64,000 bases of DNA from a virus: the IMG/VR virus record IMGVR_UViG_3300045921_000146, positions 33,515 through 97,514 of that record; one strand, written 5' to 3'. The position numbers and the translations under genes are program-made. Numbering within the stretch: position 1 is the first letter of the stretch; each line of letters begins with the position of its first letter. Of this stretch, positions 54,127 to 64,000 are shown one piece after another. A model generated the notes under the pieces. It had not been told where the DNA came from. It worked only from the letters and a program-made list of their open reading frames with translations, and did no database searches.

Positions 54127-54666
54127 ATGGCACGACCATCAGAAAAAGACCCACTTGATAAATTTAGATTTACTGTAAAAGTAGAAGGTTTTCAAAGAGT
54201 AGGATTTACTCAGTGCGACACACCTTCTATTTCGTATTCTACTAAAAGTTACGCTGAAGGCGGCGCCCATTTTTTCCCTAAAAAAATAATAGATTCCGCA
54301 GACTACAAACCTATTTCCCTTAGTAGAGGAGTTTCTACGGATTTGGACTTCAATAATTGGGCCAGACAAGTAATTGAATTAGTTAGAGGTAAAACTCAAT
54401 CGCAAGAAAATCCACTAGATTACCGCAGAGACGTGGTTATTGAACACAGAAATAGAGCTGGTCAAATAGTTAAAAAATATATTTTATATAACGCTGTGCC
54501 TGTAGAATTTAAACCAGCGTCAGATTTTCAATCAGACGGAGACGATGTTTTGAGTATGGAGACTCTTACATTAGCCTATGAAGGTTTTGAAATTCAATCT
54601 ATTAGCACAGATAGTAATCCTAAAGATATTACGGATATCGTTAAACGTACTATTAGAAGACTTTAA
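54127..54666 (+). CDS. tail tube protein paralog 3
   Basis: Same gp19-like motifs. Confidence 0.85.
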   Translation: MARPSEKDPLDKFRFTVKVEGFQRVGFTQCDTPSISYSTKSYAEGGAHFFPKKIIDSADYKPISLSRGVSTDLDFNNWARQVIELVRGKTQSQENPLDYRRDVVIEHRNRAGQIVKKYILYNAVPVEFKPASDFQSDGDDVLSMETLTLAYEGFEIQSISTDSNPKDITDIVKRTIRRL

Positions 54667-54683
54667 AACGAGGAGACGAGGAG

Positions 54684-55451
54684 ATGCAATTTAAATTACC
54701 TAATGGGTTAGTGGACGGAGTTGACCACTTTAGCCTTATCACTATTACTGAGCTTACTGGTAAGCAGCAAGACTACTTAGTAGACAGAAAACTCATTGTA
54801 AATAATATTGGGCACATTGAAAAAATTTTGGAAGACATGATCGTTTCTTTAGAAAACGAACAAGGCGTAAAGTGGCAAGGTTCTAATAAAGACCTTATTT
54901 GGAAATTACCAGCTTCGGATTTAGTTACTATCTTAGTTAAAATTAGAGAAAATACTTTTGGACCTAGATATTATTTTAATGCTAAGTGTGAGCACTGCGG
55001 CCACGAACATAAAAATTTACGACTAGATTTAGATACTCTTGAAGTAACCCCTTTAGACGTAAAATTAATGCAACAGTTGGAAAGACGAACTTTACTACTA
55101 CCTAAGAGTGGTAAAACTGTAGTTTTAAAACCTCTCTACCTAAAAGACTTATACTCAGCATTAAAAATTGCAATTAACGAAGAGAGCAAACTAATTAGCT
55201 CCTCTATTGCTTTGGCAGTAGAAAGTATTGACGGCGACACTAAAATTGACGCTGAAAAAATTAGAGCCCTCCCGGTAATGGACCTCAAAGAACTACAAGA
55301 AAAATTAGACTCTACAAAGTTAGAAGGCGAAATCGACACGGAAATAGAACACACTTGCACTAACTGCAAACAAGATTTTAAACAGCAGTTGAATGTATAT
55401 GACCCTGATTTTTTCTCCCTTTCCAGGGGATTCAAGGATACCAATACGTAA
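54684..55451 (+). CDS. tail/baseplate assembly chaperone with Zn motifs
   Basis: IRENTFG..Y.F..KCEHCG, CTNCK; sits between tube and tape measure. Confidence 0.75.
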   Translation: MQFKLPNGLVDGVDHFSLITITELTGKQQDYLVDRKLIVNNIGHIEKILEDMIVSLENEQGVKWQGSNKDLIWKLPASDLVTILVKIRENTFGPRYYFNAKCEHCGHEHKNLRLDLDTLEVTPLDVKLMQQLERRTLLLPKSGKTVVLKPLYLKDLYSALKIAINEESKLISSSIALAVESIDGDTKIDAEKIRALPVMDLKELQEKLDSTKLEGEIDTEIEHTCTNCKQDFKQQLNVYDPDFFSLSRGFKDTNT

Positions 55452-55597
55452 GTCACGAAGACGACCTCCTGGATGATTACGCTTTCTTCGGACAAGCTTT
55501 TAGATGGCCTCCTAGCGAGGTTAAAGACCTAAAATGGTCCTATCGTAAAAAAATTAGACAAGCTTACGTAGACGCTACTGCTAACGTAAAGAAGTAA
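55409..55597 (+). CDS. -1 frameshift extension of the tail assembly chaperone
   Basis: Slippery T TTT TTC at 55409-55415; -1 frame open to TAA 55597, encoding ...DYAFFGQAFRWPPSEVKDLKWSYRKK. Confidence 0.7.
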   Translation, partial: FFLPFQGIQGYQYVSHEDDLLDDYAFFGQAFRWPPSEVKDLKWSYRKKIRQAYVDATANVKK

Positions 55598-55606
55598 GGA
55601 AATGAA

Positions 55607-57859
55607 ATGGCTACCAGACAAATAAAAGTAGTTATTACTATCAACGACGGACAAACTAAAAAATTAGACGAGTTTGAACGTAAAGTTCGCAGGTCAGGAA
55701 AGGCTGTAGAACAAGTAAACGATAAACTACTAAAATTTAACAGAACGCTATTCTCTACAACCGCCCTGGTAGGAACTTTGGGCGGAGCTTTCATGGGCAT
55801 TAGCAACTTGATTAATCGAGGAGCTGATTTTTCTAGAGCTGAAGAGTCTTTTCGTAGAGTGTTCGGTCCGAAGTCTGACGTTTCTAAAATGATTGGAAAT
55901 TTTACTGACGTAGCTGTAGACGAAGTAGCTGCAATGACTCAAGCTATTCGTTTGAGTAAGAATGACATAGGCTTAGATAGCGCACAAATTTCTCAAATAC
56001 TTGCTGCAGGCGCAGTAGCGGCTAAAAAGGCTAACGTTGATACCGCAGAAGGAGTAAGGTTAGTTACTGAAGCAGTAAGAACTGGCAATATTGAAGCCTT
56101 AGATAATTTAAATATAATTAATAAAGGCGGTACAGCTTTTCAAGCGTACGAATCTGCCATTCGAGCTGCAGCAGGGACTATGGGACCGGCAGCTTTAGCT
56201 ATTAAACGTAAGTCTGAAGCTGTTAAACTTTTAATGGCAGAGACCAAAGATTATATGTTTGGTACTGCAGATTTAAAAGATCAATTGGTAGGGCTTAGAA
56301 ACAGCGTCACTCGGGCCACAGCAAGGTTAGGGGAGTTTTTAGGTAAAGCTTTAGCTCCACTTACAGAGACCATGAAAAAAGCTGCGGATAGCGCAGCAGA
56401 ATTTTTCTCTAAAATGAAAGAAAATAAAACCTTTTTAGAGATGACTAAACGAGTGCTAGGTGCTGCGGCAGCAGTAGGAACGTTACTTGTCACTCTAGCT
56501 AGTTTAAAACTTATAGTTTTCGGCCTAACATTGGCCACAGCCGGAATACCTGGACTAATTGCAGCAGTAGCTGCAGGTAGTATTTTCTTTATGGGATTTG
56601 AAAAAACCATAAGTAAAGTGGGTTCGGCACTTAAGACAGTAGGCTCTGCTATTGCAGGCGTATTTCAATTAGTATCCAGTTTCGACGAAAAAACTGGCCT
56701 AGGCACTATGGACAAGAAAATAGCAGATTTAATGGTGTCTATAGGATTAATGACTAAAAAAACTGATGAGTTTGGAAACGTTGTTTACGACGGATTTCTA
56801 GTCAACTTAAGCAGAGGATTAATCTTAACGAAAAAACTTGTTGTAGGATTTAAAGATGGCGTAGTATCTGCAGTTAATGCAATACTAAGCCCATTTAAAA
56901 AGTTAATAGACACGGTTAAAAATTTACTTAATATGGATACTGGGCCTTGGGCTCACGGACTCCTAGATTCAGCAGAAAGTATAGGAAAGGCTTTAGGTAT
57001 TTTTGGTGCCATAATAGGAGGATTAAAACTACTTAAAATGGGCGGCAGTTTTATCAGCTCTTTGAATCCTTTTTCGGGAGGTTCTAGAGATGGTAGTATG
57101 TCGAAGCCTTTTTATGTAGTTCCTCTAGGTAGTATGGCGAGTGCTGGCAAAGGTTTACTAGATAAAATTTCCTCTTATAATCCCCTTAGTAAAGGTAATC
57201 TAGCTGTAATTTTGGCTAAATTCGGAAAATTGGGGGAAGTCGTAGGCGCAGTAATTAGACCTTTTATGTCTTTAGTTGGAGTTTTGGGTAGAGTTGTCAT
57301 TGGATTAACCACGCTACCTGGAATATTAGCCGGAGCAGTAGCTGCTATGGCTGGAATACTAGTAGGCAAAGGTATTAATAGCTTATTAGAAAAATACACT
57401 CAAGGAACTAATGCTGATGGATTTCAAGGAAATGCCGTTGAACGAGCTATGTTCTGGTTGGATAAAAAAACTGGAATGCTCGGAGGACAAGCAGATAAAT
57501 TTGCTCAATATCAAGCAACTATAGCGCAAGCCGATAAAGTAAAAGCGGATATGTCTCCTCAAGGTATGACAAGTCAAGTCACTACTCCTAGAGTATTTGG
57601 GGAAGAAGTTGACAAAATAGATATGCTCACCGAGCAAATGATGCAACTCAAAGGTAGCCAACAAGCCGAGATGCAAAAACAAATCGAACAAGCTTTGAGT
57701 GCAAGTTCTGAGGGCGGCGCTAAAATTACTCAAGATGAGATGGCTAAGTTAAGAGCTTTTGTAGAGGCTCTAAATAGTTCTGACGTAGCTAAGTACACTA
57801 GACAAATGGCAGAAAAATTAGACCAAAACGGTATGACCTTTAGTAGAAGGATGAACTAA
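55607..57859 (+). CDS. tape measure protein
   Basis: 750 aa Ala/Gly-rich helical protein with hydrophobic segments, canonical position. Confidence 0.85.
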   Translation: MATRQIKVVITINDGQTKKLDEFERKVRRSGKAVEQVNDKLLKFNRTLFSTTALVGTLGGAFMGISNLINRGADFSRAEESFRRVFGPKSDVSKMIGNFTDVAVDEVAAMTQAIRLSKNDIGLDSAQISQILAAGAVAAKKANVDTAEGVRLVTEAVRTGNIEALDNLNIINKGGTAFQAYESAIRAAAGTMGPAALAIKRKSEAVKLLMAETKDYMFGTADLKDQLVGLRNSVTRATARLGEFLGKALAPLTETMKKAADSAAEFFSKMKENKTFLEMTKRVLGAAAAVGTLLVTLASLKLIVFGLTLATAGIPGLIAAVAAGSIFFMGFEKTISKVGSALKTVGSAIAGVFQLVSSFDEKTGLGTMDKKIADLMVSIGLMTKKTDEFGNVVYDGFLVNLSRGLILTKKLVVGFKDGVVSAVNAILSPFKKLIDTVKNLLNMDTGPWAHGLLDSAESIGKALGIFGAIIGGLKLLKMGGSFISSLNPFSGGSRDGSMSKPFYVVPLGSMASAGKGLLDKISSYNPLSKGNLAVILAKFGKLGEVVGAVIRPFMSLVGVLGRVVIGLTTLPGILAGAVAAMAGILVGKGINSLLEKYTQGTNADGFQGNAVERAMFWLDKKTGMLGGQADKFAQYQATIAQADKVKADMSPQGMTSQVTTPRVFGEEVDKIDMLTEQMMQLKGSQQAEMQKQIEQALSASSEGGAKITQDEMAKLRAFVEALNSSDVAKYTRQMAEKLDQNGMTFSRRMN

Positions 57860-58614
57860 TGATTAAGCCTTTTCCAAAAAGACAGGATGATTTAGGCGAC
57901 GTTACAGATTTACAACAGGACAATTTGAGCGTCGCAGCTCTTTTTACTGTCAACGAAGACGGTACAATTAATCAAGACCCTAGAGGAAAGTTTTTACTTA
58001 ATCCTAGTAGCGTAGAAGATGCTAAAACTTCTAACTGGAACCCTCAACCTACTCCAGGTCAAAGCGACGCACCTTTACAATGGATGGGAGGTAGTCCTAG
58101 AACAGTTAGTTTTACTGCTTTAGTTACTGCAGAAACTTCTGACCTAGTTATTAAAGGTTTGGATAAACCTAATTCCCCCAGTCTAAATTCCGGCTTTTTG
58201 GGCAAAGTATTCAATGGTTCTATAGCTTCAGCATTTGCTAAAGTTATTGACCCTCCTCCGCCCAGAGCGTTAGACTCAAACGGAGAATTTAAAGCTTTAG
58301 ATATTTCAGGAGTGTTGAATTATTATAGGTCTTTGCTGTACCCAGTTTACGATAATCCTAAGAATCCTCAAAGACTGGAGAGCAGTCCACCACTGCTAGT
58401 TTTTCTTAACGGTAGCAGCGTAGCTAAATTTGCTTACGGGGTAGCTGGAGAAAACCTTAGAATACACGACAACCATGACTTGTGGGTATTGACAAGTTTA
58501 AAAATTAAGATCACTAAACAGTCACCTAATTTAGCTCCTATAGAAGCTGAAGTAGATTTCCAACTTATGCAGTATAATATTAAGTCTTTTGACCGACGTA
58601 GATTCTTGGAGTAA
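57859..58614 (+). CDS. tube initiator / CIS-tube-like baseplate protein
   Basis: LNPSSV, LQWMGGSPRTVSF, SPPLLVF, PIEAEVDF. Confidence 0.7.
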   Translation: MIKPFPKRQDDLGDVTDLQQDNLSVAALFTVNEDGTINQDPRGKFLLNPSSVEDAKTSNWNPQPTPGQSDAPLQWMGGSPRTVSFTALVTAETSDLVIKGLDKPNSPSLNSGFLGKVFNGSIASAFAKVIDPPPPRALDSNGEFKALDISGVLNYYRSLLYPVYDNPKNPQRLESSPPLLVFLNGSSVAKFAYGVAGENLRIHDNHDLWVLTSLKIKITKQSPNLAPIEAEVDFQLMQYNIKSFDRRRFLE

Positions 58615-58616
58615 TT

Positions 58617-58937
58617 ATGGCCAATTTTAAAACGTTATCAAGATACACTGGCGGCATATTAGAAAAAAATAGGTCGGGCCAAGATTTTTTAACTCTACGA
58701 TTACCTTTAAATTTAGAGCCTTCAGACGGAGACGTTTTCGTAAAAATTACTCAAGACTTACTCAACAGGCCAGACTTAATTTCTTATAAAGCTTACGGTA
58801 CTCCAGATTTACACTGGGCCATATATGAGTTTAATGGAATACGAGACCCTTTATTTGAACTACAAATTGGACAAATACTAAGAATACCAGAAATAAATAG
58901 AGTATTATTAGCTATACAAAAACTAGAGGATCAATAA
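58617..58937 (+). CDS. LysM-like baseplate protein (gp53/gpX-like)
   Basis: RPDLISYKAYGTPDLHWAIYEFNGI.DP..L..GQILRIP. Confidence 0.85.
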   Translation: MANFKTLSRYTGGILEKNRSGQDFLTLRLPLNLEPSDGDVFVKITQDLLNRPDLISYKAYGTPDLHWAIYEFNGIRDPLFELQIGQILRIPEINRVLLAIQKLEDQ

Positions 58938-58938
58938 T

Positions 58939-60567
58939 ATGTCTTTAGACTACAGAAAATTTAAAACTCCATATTTTGAAATATCTGTAGGCGATTCAAA
59001 AGGTACTAGAATGGTGAACCTTCCTCACCACATAATTCGCCTGATTAAGAGGGTAGAGATTATAGAAACTTGGGAAGAAAACGCTTTTAATACAATACAC
59101 ATTACTTTCGTAGAAGGTTCTAGAGAACCTGCAAGTGCTGACGCAAGCCGAGGCACAGACGGACTGTATAAAATAGCTTCGTATGATACTGGTAAAACGG
59201 ACATGAATTTGTCAGGGTCTCTCACTAACAGAACAGGTATTATAACTGATCTAAGATTTAGTGGCAGTTCTGGAATTACTTTTATTACCGGCGACGAAAA
59301 AAGAAATAAAGCTATAGACACTTCTCTACAAAAAAACGTAATAAATGAGCAAACTACTAGAAGCTACCAACGAGAAGAGAGTAGACCTAGATTCTTGTTT
59401 CAGGAAAGAAATCAAGTTAAAGTTACTTGGGGGTATAAAGAAGACCCTCAGTCCAGACGTAGCATTAGAACCTACATTATGGTAGTTTCAGTTAGATACC
59501 CAGAGTCGGGACAAGTAGAAACAACTATAACCTGTCAAGATACAGGCGCCGCTTTAGACCAAATTACTACGTCTAAAGGCGTACCTTTCGGGACTAGAAT
59601 TACAACCCCTAAAGGTTCTTCTATAACAGAATTTAAAGATAGCACTACTGAAGAACTCATTAGGAACATAGCGACTAGATTAAAAATTCCTGCAGTAGTT
59701 AGCAAGAATTTACCTGTCCCAACTTTAGATGAAAATCATCAAAAAGTTTGGTTAGCTGAAGAATCTTTTCAGCAGTTTATGACTAGATTAGCTAAGTATA
59801 ATAATTGTTATTTTAAAGTTGTGCCTGATAAAGAGTCAGGAATAGATACTCTTTATTTTGTTAAAAAATCAGATTTTGAAAAGCGAATATTAGTTAATAG
59901 ACAGTTGTTAACTTATAAAGCTCCTAATTCTATTATTAAGAATGCTAGTATAAGAGTGGATTTTGGCGTAGACCAAGGAACTACAGTTAACGGTATTAAT
60001 TCTAACGGTAAAAACGAAGCTTCAAAAGTAGAGGACATTTTGGAGGTTGTGCACCTTACTGACGGAAAAGAACCAGGGTTTACTGATAGAGACCCGACGA
60101 GCCCGACAAACGCAATTTCAGCAGCTCAAGGAGCGGCAGAATTGACTGGAGGAGCTGCAACTGGAAAATTCGTAATTACCCCAGACTCCAACCCAAAAAA
60201 CAAAGAATCTTTCGCTGAATGGATTGAGGAAGGCGCAGCAAGGGTTATACAGCTTGATTTGACTACTATAGGGTTCACTAGGCTTACCCCAGGCACAATC
60301 GACGTAGCAGGGCTTGGAGTGCGTTATAGCGGAAAATACAGGGTTATGACGGCTACTCACATTATTAGCGCAGACAGTTACGAAACTCGGTGCCAAGCTA
60401 CTAGTATGACAGTTGGGGCTGGAGGGCTAGTTTCTCCTGCAGCCTTAGTAGAACAAGACAGCACAAACGATAACGAAACAGTTACTGTTAGAGCTTTTAC
60501 TAGGCCAGACGAGGACCAAGGCCAGACCTCTGAGATACAAAAACAGCTAAGAAAACTTAGGGAATAA
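58939..60567 (+). CDS. baseplate hub protein (gpD/gp27-like)
   Basis: VTWGY, ES..QFMTRLA, GLGVRYSGKYRV..ATH. Confidence 0.75.
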   Translation: MSLDYRKFKTPYFEISVGDSKGTRMVNLPHHIIRLIKRVEIIETWEENAFNTIHITFVEGSREPASADASRGTDGLYKIASYDTGKTDMNLSGSLTNRTGIITDLRFSGSSGITFITGDEKRNKAIDTSLQKNVINEQTTRSYQREESRPRFLFQERNQVKVTWGYKEDPQSRRSIRTYIMVVSVRYPESGQVETTITCQDTGAALDQITTSKGVPFGTRITTPKGSSITEFKDSTTEELIRNIATRLKIPAVVSKNLPVPTLDENHQKVWLAEESFQQFMTRLAKYNNCYFKVVPDKESGIDTLYFVKKSDFEKRILVNRQLLTYKAPNSIIKNASIRVDFGVDQGTTVNGINSNGKNEASKVEDILEVVHLTDGKEPGFTDRDPTSPTNAISAAQGAAELTGGAATGKFVITPDSNPKNKESFAEWIEEGAARVIQLDLTTIGFTRLTPGTIDVAGLGVRYSGKYRVMTATHIISADSYETRCQATSMTVGAGGLVSPAALVEQDSTNDNETVTVRAFTRPDEDQGQTSEIQKQLRKLRE

Positions 60568-60568
60568 T

Positions 60569-61435
60569 ATGTATAAAGTGAAAAGTACTAGCGGTTTGCA
60601 TAAATATGCAGGCCGTTCAAAAGCTGTAGTTTTGGATAATAGAGACCCTTTTAATCGAGGGTATATTATAGTAGACCACCCTGTTACAGGGCCTACAGCT
60701 TGGATACCCTACCTAAAAAACCCTACAATATTTGACGTACCTAGTATAGGGGACGTTGTTTACGTAGAGGCAGATTGCGGAGACGGGCAGTACCCTGTTG
60801 CTTGGGGTAATATTACTAAAGGCGCCAAAGACGATAATAATACCCCTTCAGAATTTAAAAGAGATATTCCTACTAATAGAGGTATTAAAACCCCTGGCGG
60901 CCATAAGTTAGAAATGGACGACGGAATAGCGACTGTAACTGCTAACCCTAATGACAAGCAGTTTACTACTGAAAGTAGAGGAATTAGAGTTACTAGTACT
61001 GCAGGTAATAAAATTCATATTGTAGAAGATTCTTCTGCTGGACAACAATACATATTATTACAAACAGCAAACGGTAATTTTATTAAGTTAGACTACAAAG
61101 AAGATAAACTTACTGTAAACGTTTTAAAAGATAAACAAGAGACTGTAGGACAGAACTCTTTAGAAGAAGTGTCAGGAAATAAGTCAGAGAACATAGGTGG
61201 AAATTTAACTATAGAGGTAGTTGGTAATTGCGACATTACTTGCGCAGAGGCTAACGTAACCGCTTCAGGTAACACTAATGTAACAGCCGGAGGCAACATA
61301 GTTATGACCGGCTCTCAAATTCAGCTTAACGGCGCAGCTTCTGGAATTACTACTGAAAATTCACACTTAGGCGTTATTGATTTAATTACCGGAGTACCAG
61401 TAACAGCAAGTACTACCGTTAAAGCAGATGTATAA
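60569..61435 (+). CDS. baseplate central spike (gp5/gpV-like)
   Basis: DNRDP..RG, VPSIGDVVYV, KTPGGHKLEMDD, beta-helix repeats. Confidence 0.85.
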   Translation: MYKVKSTSGLHKYAGRSKAVVLDNRDPFNRGYIIVDHPVTGPTAWIPYLKNPTIFDVPSIGDVVYVEADCGDGQYPVAWGNITKGAKDDNNTPSEFKRDIPTNRGIKTPGGHKLEMDDGIATVTANPNDKQFTTESRGIRVTSTAGNKIHIVEDSSAGQQYILLQTANGNFIKLDYKEDKLTVNVLKDKQETVGQNSLEEVSGNKSENIGGNLTIEVVGNCDITCAEANVTASGNTNVTAGGNIVMTGSQIQLNGAASGITTENSHLGVIDLITGVPVTASTTVKADV

Positions 61436-61443
61436 GAGGTTTT

Positions 61444-62004
61444 ATGGCTTTGTCAGTATCAGGTTATAACGCATTGTTATTAACTAAACTTCAAAGTCAA
61501 AGTTTTAACGGACACTTCTTTAACGGACCTAAGCTTCCAGAATTCACTTTAGCAGTAGCTACAGGAGTAGTTAATACTGCTTTAACAGTTACGGGCCAAG
61601 TAACGTCTCCCTCTAATATTGGAATGAGTTCTGGCTCAGGTATTACCGTTAGCGATTCAGCTATAGCAGCTCAGATAAAGTCTGAATGCATTGCAGCTTT
61701 CGGACAAGAGGGGCCAGTACTACAACAATTTTGCCAAGCTATAGGGGAAGCTACTGCTGAACACTTCGCAACGGCTACACTTTCTTCAGATACCAACGGC
61801 CCGGCCACTTTCGCTCTTTTTGCTACTGTTAATAACGCAATGGCTAGTGCTATTCAAAGTGCTGCCAGTTTTAACGGTACTTTTTGGCCAGCTTTTTGTA
61901 CTGCTATAGCTAACGGGATATGTGATAATTCAGCAAATGGAACAGGAACTTTGTCTGGCGCAAGCGGAGACGGAGTAGGCCCTGGAATAGTGATTATAAG
62001 CTAA
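61444..62004 (+). CDS. hypothetical baseplate-region protein
   Basis: Ala-rich, internal F..AI repeats. Confidence 0.5.
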   Translation: MALSVSGYNALLLTKLQSQSFNGHFFNGPKLPEFTLAVATGVVNTALTVTGQVTSPSNIGMSSGSGITVSDSAIAAQIKSECIAAFGQEGPVLQQFCQAIGEATAEHFATATLSSDTNGPATFALFATVNNAMASAIQSAASFNGTFWPAFCTAIANGICDNSANGTGTLSGASGDGVGPGIVIIS

Positions 62005-62024
62005 TTAATAATTGAGGAGCAACA

Positions 62025-62438
62025 ATGTCTAAAATTAGTTCTGCTAAAGAAGCCTTAGAAATTAGGTTAGGAGCAGATGCAGCGTTCCCCATTCAAGGGA
62101 ACTTCAAACCTGTAAAAGGTATTGAATTATTGCTACAAGATATACAAAGACTATTATTGACTATTCCCGGCGAACGACCAAACAGACCTCAGTTCGGATG
62201 TACTCTGAGAAACCAGATTTGGGAAAACTTAGATACGGCGGCACACAACGGAAAAGCTTCTATTAGAGAAGCTATAGAGAGGTTTGAACCTAGAATTAAC
62301 CTTACAGGTATTTCTAGTATTGTTAATCAAAATACTGGACTTATTACTTTTAATATTCAGTTTTTAATTATTCAAGACGACACTCCTGTAAACCTAATTT
62401 TCCCTTTTAGAGCTGGAACCAGCTTATCATTTTCGTAG
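62025..62438 (+). CDS. baseplate wedge gp25/GpW-like protein
   Basis: LLLTIPGERPNRPQFGC, AIERFEPRI. Confidence 0.92.
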   Translation: MSKISSAKEALEIRLGADAAFPIQGNFKPVKGIELLLQDIQRLLLTIPGERPNRPQFGCTLRNQIWENLDTAAHNGKASIREAIERFEPRINLTGISSIVNQNTGLITFNIQFLIIQDDTPVNLIFPFRAGTSLSFS

Positions 62439-62447
62439 AGGTAATTT

Positions 62448-64000
62448 ATGGCAAATATTAGTACAAATAAAGACATTGATTACGTAACGAAAGATTATAA
62501 CTCAGTAGTGGACGCTCTTATATCGTTTGCTAACGTTAATTACGGACCCGGCACTTCTGCCAATAGACTTTGGACTAGTTTCAACGCAGATTCTTTTTCT
62601 AGAAACTGGTTGGAAATCGTAGCTTTCGTTGCCGACGCTTTATTTTTCTACTTAGATAACCAAGCAACTCAAAGTTACTTACAGACTGCAACAGTTCGTA
62701 GCGCAATTAGAAATATAGCTAAGCAGTTCGGATTTACTCCTGCTTCGGCTACTAGCGCATCTGGAGTCGTTCAGTTTACCACAAATGCCGGAGGAGTAAT
62801 TCCTAGAGGCACAAGACTTCAATCTAGTACTGGAGTTAATTTTTACTTAACTAATGACGTAGTAGCTCCTGTAGCAGGTACTTATAACGGCACAGTTATT
62901 CAAGGGGAATTAGTATCTGAAACTTTTGTAAGCACAGGAATTCAGAATGAAGAGTTTACTCTCCGAGGTCCAAACGTTATTACAGATTTAACAAATTTAA
63001 ACCCTTTGGATATTACACCTAGACTTACTGTAGGTGGTAATAGTTACTCTTTAGTCGATAGTTTTATTAGACATAACGGAGAAGATACTCCAGCAGTCAA
63101 AGACTCTCTGGGGAACATTATTGGAGGCGGAGGTAGAGTATTTACTCTAGATGAACGCCCTAATGGAAAACCTTTTGTAGAATTCGGAGACGGAGTATTT
63201 GGAAGAAAATTAGCTTCTGGAGAAACCGTAGCAATAACTTACAGAACTGGCGGAGGCTCGTCAGGTAATATATCTGCACAAAGTTTGAACACTATGTTAG
63301 ACTCTAACGTTATTGTAACGTCGGTAACTAACCCAGCAGATTTTAGCGGAGGCGCAGACGAACAGTCTATTGAACAACTTAGACAGTTAATTCCAGCAAG
63401 CTTACGAACTCTTGACAGAGCAGTTACAGGACCAGACCACTCAGACATACTAGTTTCTAATTTTAGCGAAGTATTTGCAGCTTCTACTGAGTTAAATACT
63501 ACTGACCCTGGCGTAGATATTAATATTTACGTGGTACCTCAAGGTTTAGGAATTCAAAAAATTTCTGACAATATTATTTTAAGAAACCGCCTAGCTAGTT
63601 TTCTCGACAGAAGAAAAATGGTTACAGTTCAATTCCAAATCTTAGACGCATTTGGAGTAGAAGCTTTAGTATCCTTTGAAGTGTTTATTACTGATACAAC
63701 CAGTAAGAATACAGTTAGGCAAGCTATAGTGACTGCCCTTACTCAGTTTTTTAATTTAAGTTCTGGAGGCCCTCAAGGAGCAGGAATAGGATTTGCCGAA
63801 CCTATACTACTTAAGGACGTGGGCAACCTTATAGAAAATATCGACGGAGTAGAAAGATTTGAAATTAAAAGACTAACCTACTCTCCACGAGTACAAAAAA
63901 ATACTGTAGGTTTAATTACAGATTACAATACTAGTAAAGTTACAGTATTCCCTAACGTACAAGAAAGAGAGTGGTTATTTGCTGCTTCAGGACAAGAAAC
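62448..64000 (+). CDS. baseplate wedge protein gp6/J-like (truncated at the window end)
   Basis: Not in track; MANISTNKDIDYVTKDY...YLQTATVRS, FGDGVFG, YRTGGG..GN, GGADEQS, RAVT. Confidence 0.88.
   Translation, partial: MANISTNKDIDYVTKDYNSVVDALISFANVNYGPGTSANRLWTSFNADSFSRNWLEIVAFVADALFFYLDNQATQSYLQTATVRSAIRNIAKQFGFTPASATSASGVVQFTTNAGGVIPRGTRLQSSTGVNFYLTNDVVAPVAGTYNGTVIQGELVSETFVSTGIQNEEFTLRGPNVITDLTNLNPLDITPRLTVGGNSYSLVDSFIRHNGEDTPAVKDSLGNIIGGGGRVFTLDERPNGKPFVEFGDGVFGRKLASGETVAITYRTGGGSSGNISAQSLNTMLDSNVIVTSVTNPADFSGGADEQSIEQLRQLIPASLRTLDRAVTGPDHSDILVSNFSEVFAASTELNTTDPGVDINIYVVPQGLGIQKISDNIILRNRLASFLDRRKMVTVQFQILDAFGVEALVSFEVFITDTTSKNTVRQAIVTALTQFFNLSSGGPQGAGIGFAEPILLKDVGNLIENIDGVERFEIKRLTYSPRVQKNTVGLITDYNTSKVTVFPNVQEREWLFAASGQE

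Noticed and set aside
33221-63448. Short minus-strand and alternate-frame ORFs within the structural arm
   Set aside because: Shadows of long plus-strand genes with recognisable products
1-64000. Stop-codon reassignment
   Set aside because: Core genes are intact in the standard code and TAA, TAG and TGA all end tightly packed genes
1-64000. Diversity-generating retroelement, retron, integrase or tRNA genes
   Set aside because: No reverse transcriptase or recombinase motifs and no cloverleaf recognised by eye; tRNAscan not run

Overview
A 64-kb segment of a lytic-looking, AT-rich tailed phage with a contractile tail (myovirus); no integrase or repressor is visible in this window. Layout: (1) 1-25 kb, mostly minus strand. 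It holds a replication/recombination/repair module (family A DNA polymerase cut by the window edge, AEP primase-helicase with a LAGLIDADG intein, ATP-dependent ligase, DEDDh exonuclease, ERF plus PD-(D/E)XK nuclease, UDG, pyrimidine-dimer glycosylase-like protein), ClpP, a PQ-loop transporter, a MoxR-like AAA+/vWA-metallopeptidase pair, a lytic transglycosylase and many small or envelope-targeted ORFs. (2) 25-33 kb, a repeat-rich control region and small putative early genes. (3) 33-64 kb, plus strand: terminase, portal, scaffold, capsid, neck, sheath, three tube paralogs, a frameshifted tail chaperone, tape measure and baseplate. Most notable observations: about 15 otherwise dissimilar small proteins share a C-terminal (I/V/T/A)L(Y/F)(G/S) motif. 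Three tandem peptides with a conserved leader and (Ser-X)n repeats sit behind a DUF6948-like gene. About ten sigma54-type and three sigma28-type promoter motifs lie in the putative early region. Two related AT-rich 17-bp palindromic islands and a hairpin-rich non-coding segment precede the late genes. All product calls come from reading motifs by eye; no database searches were run. A Bdellovibrionota/deltaproteobacterial host is only an inference.
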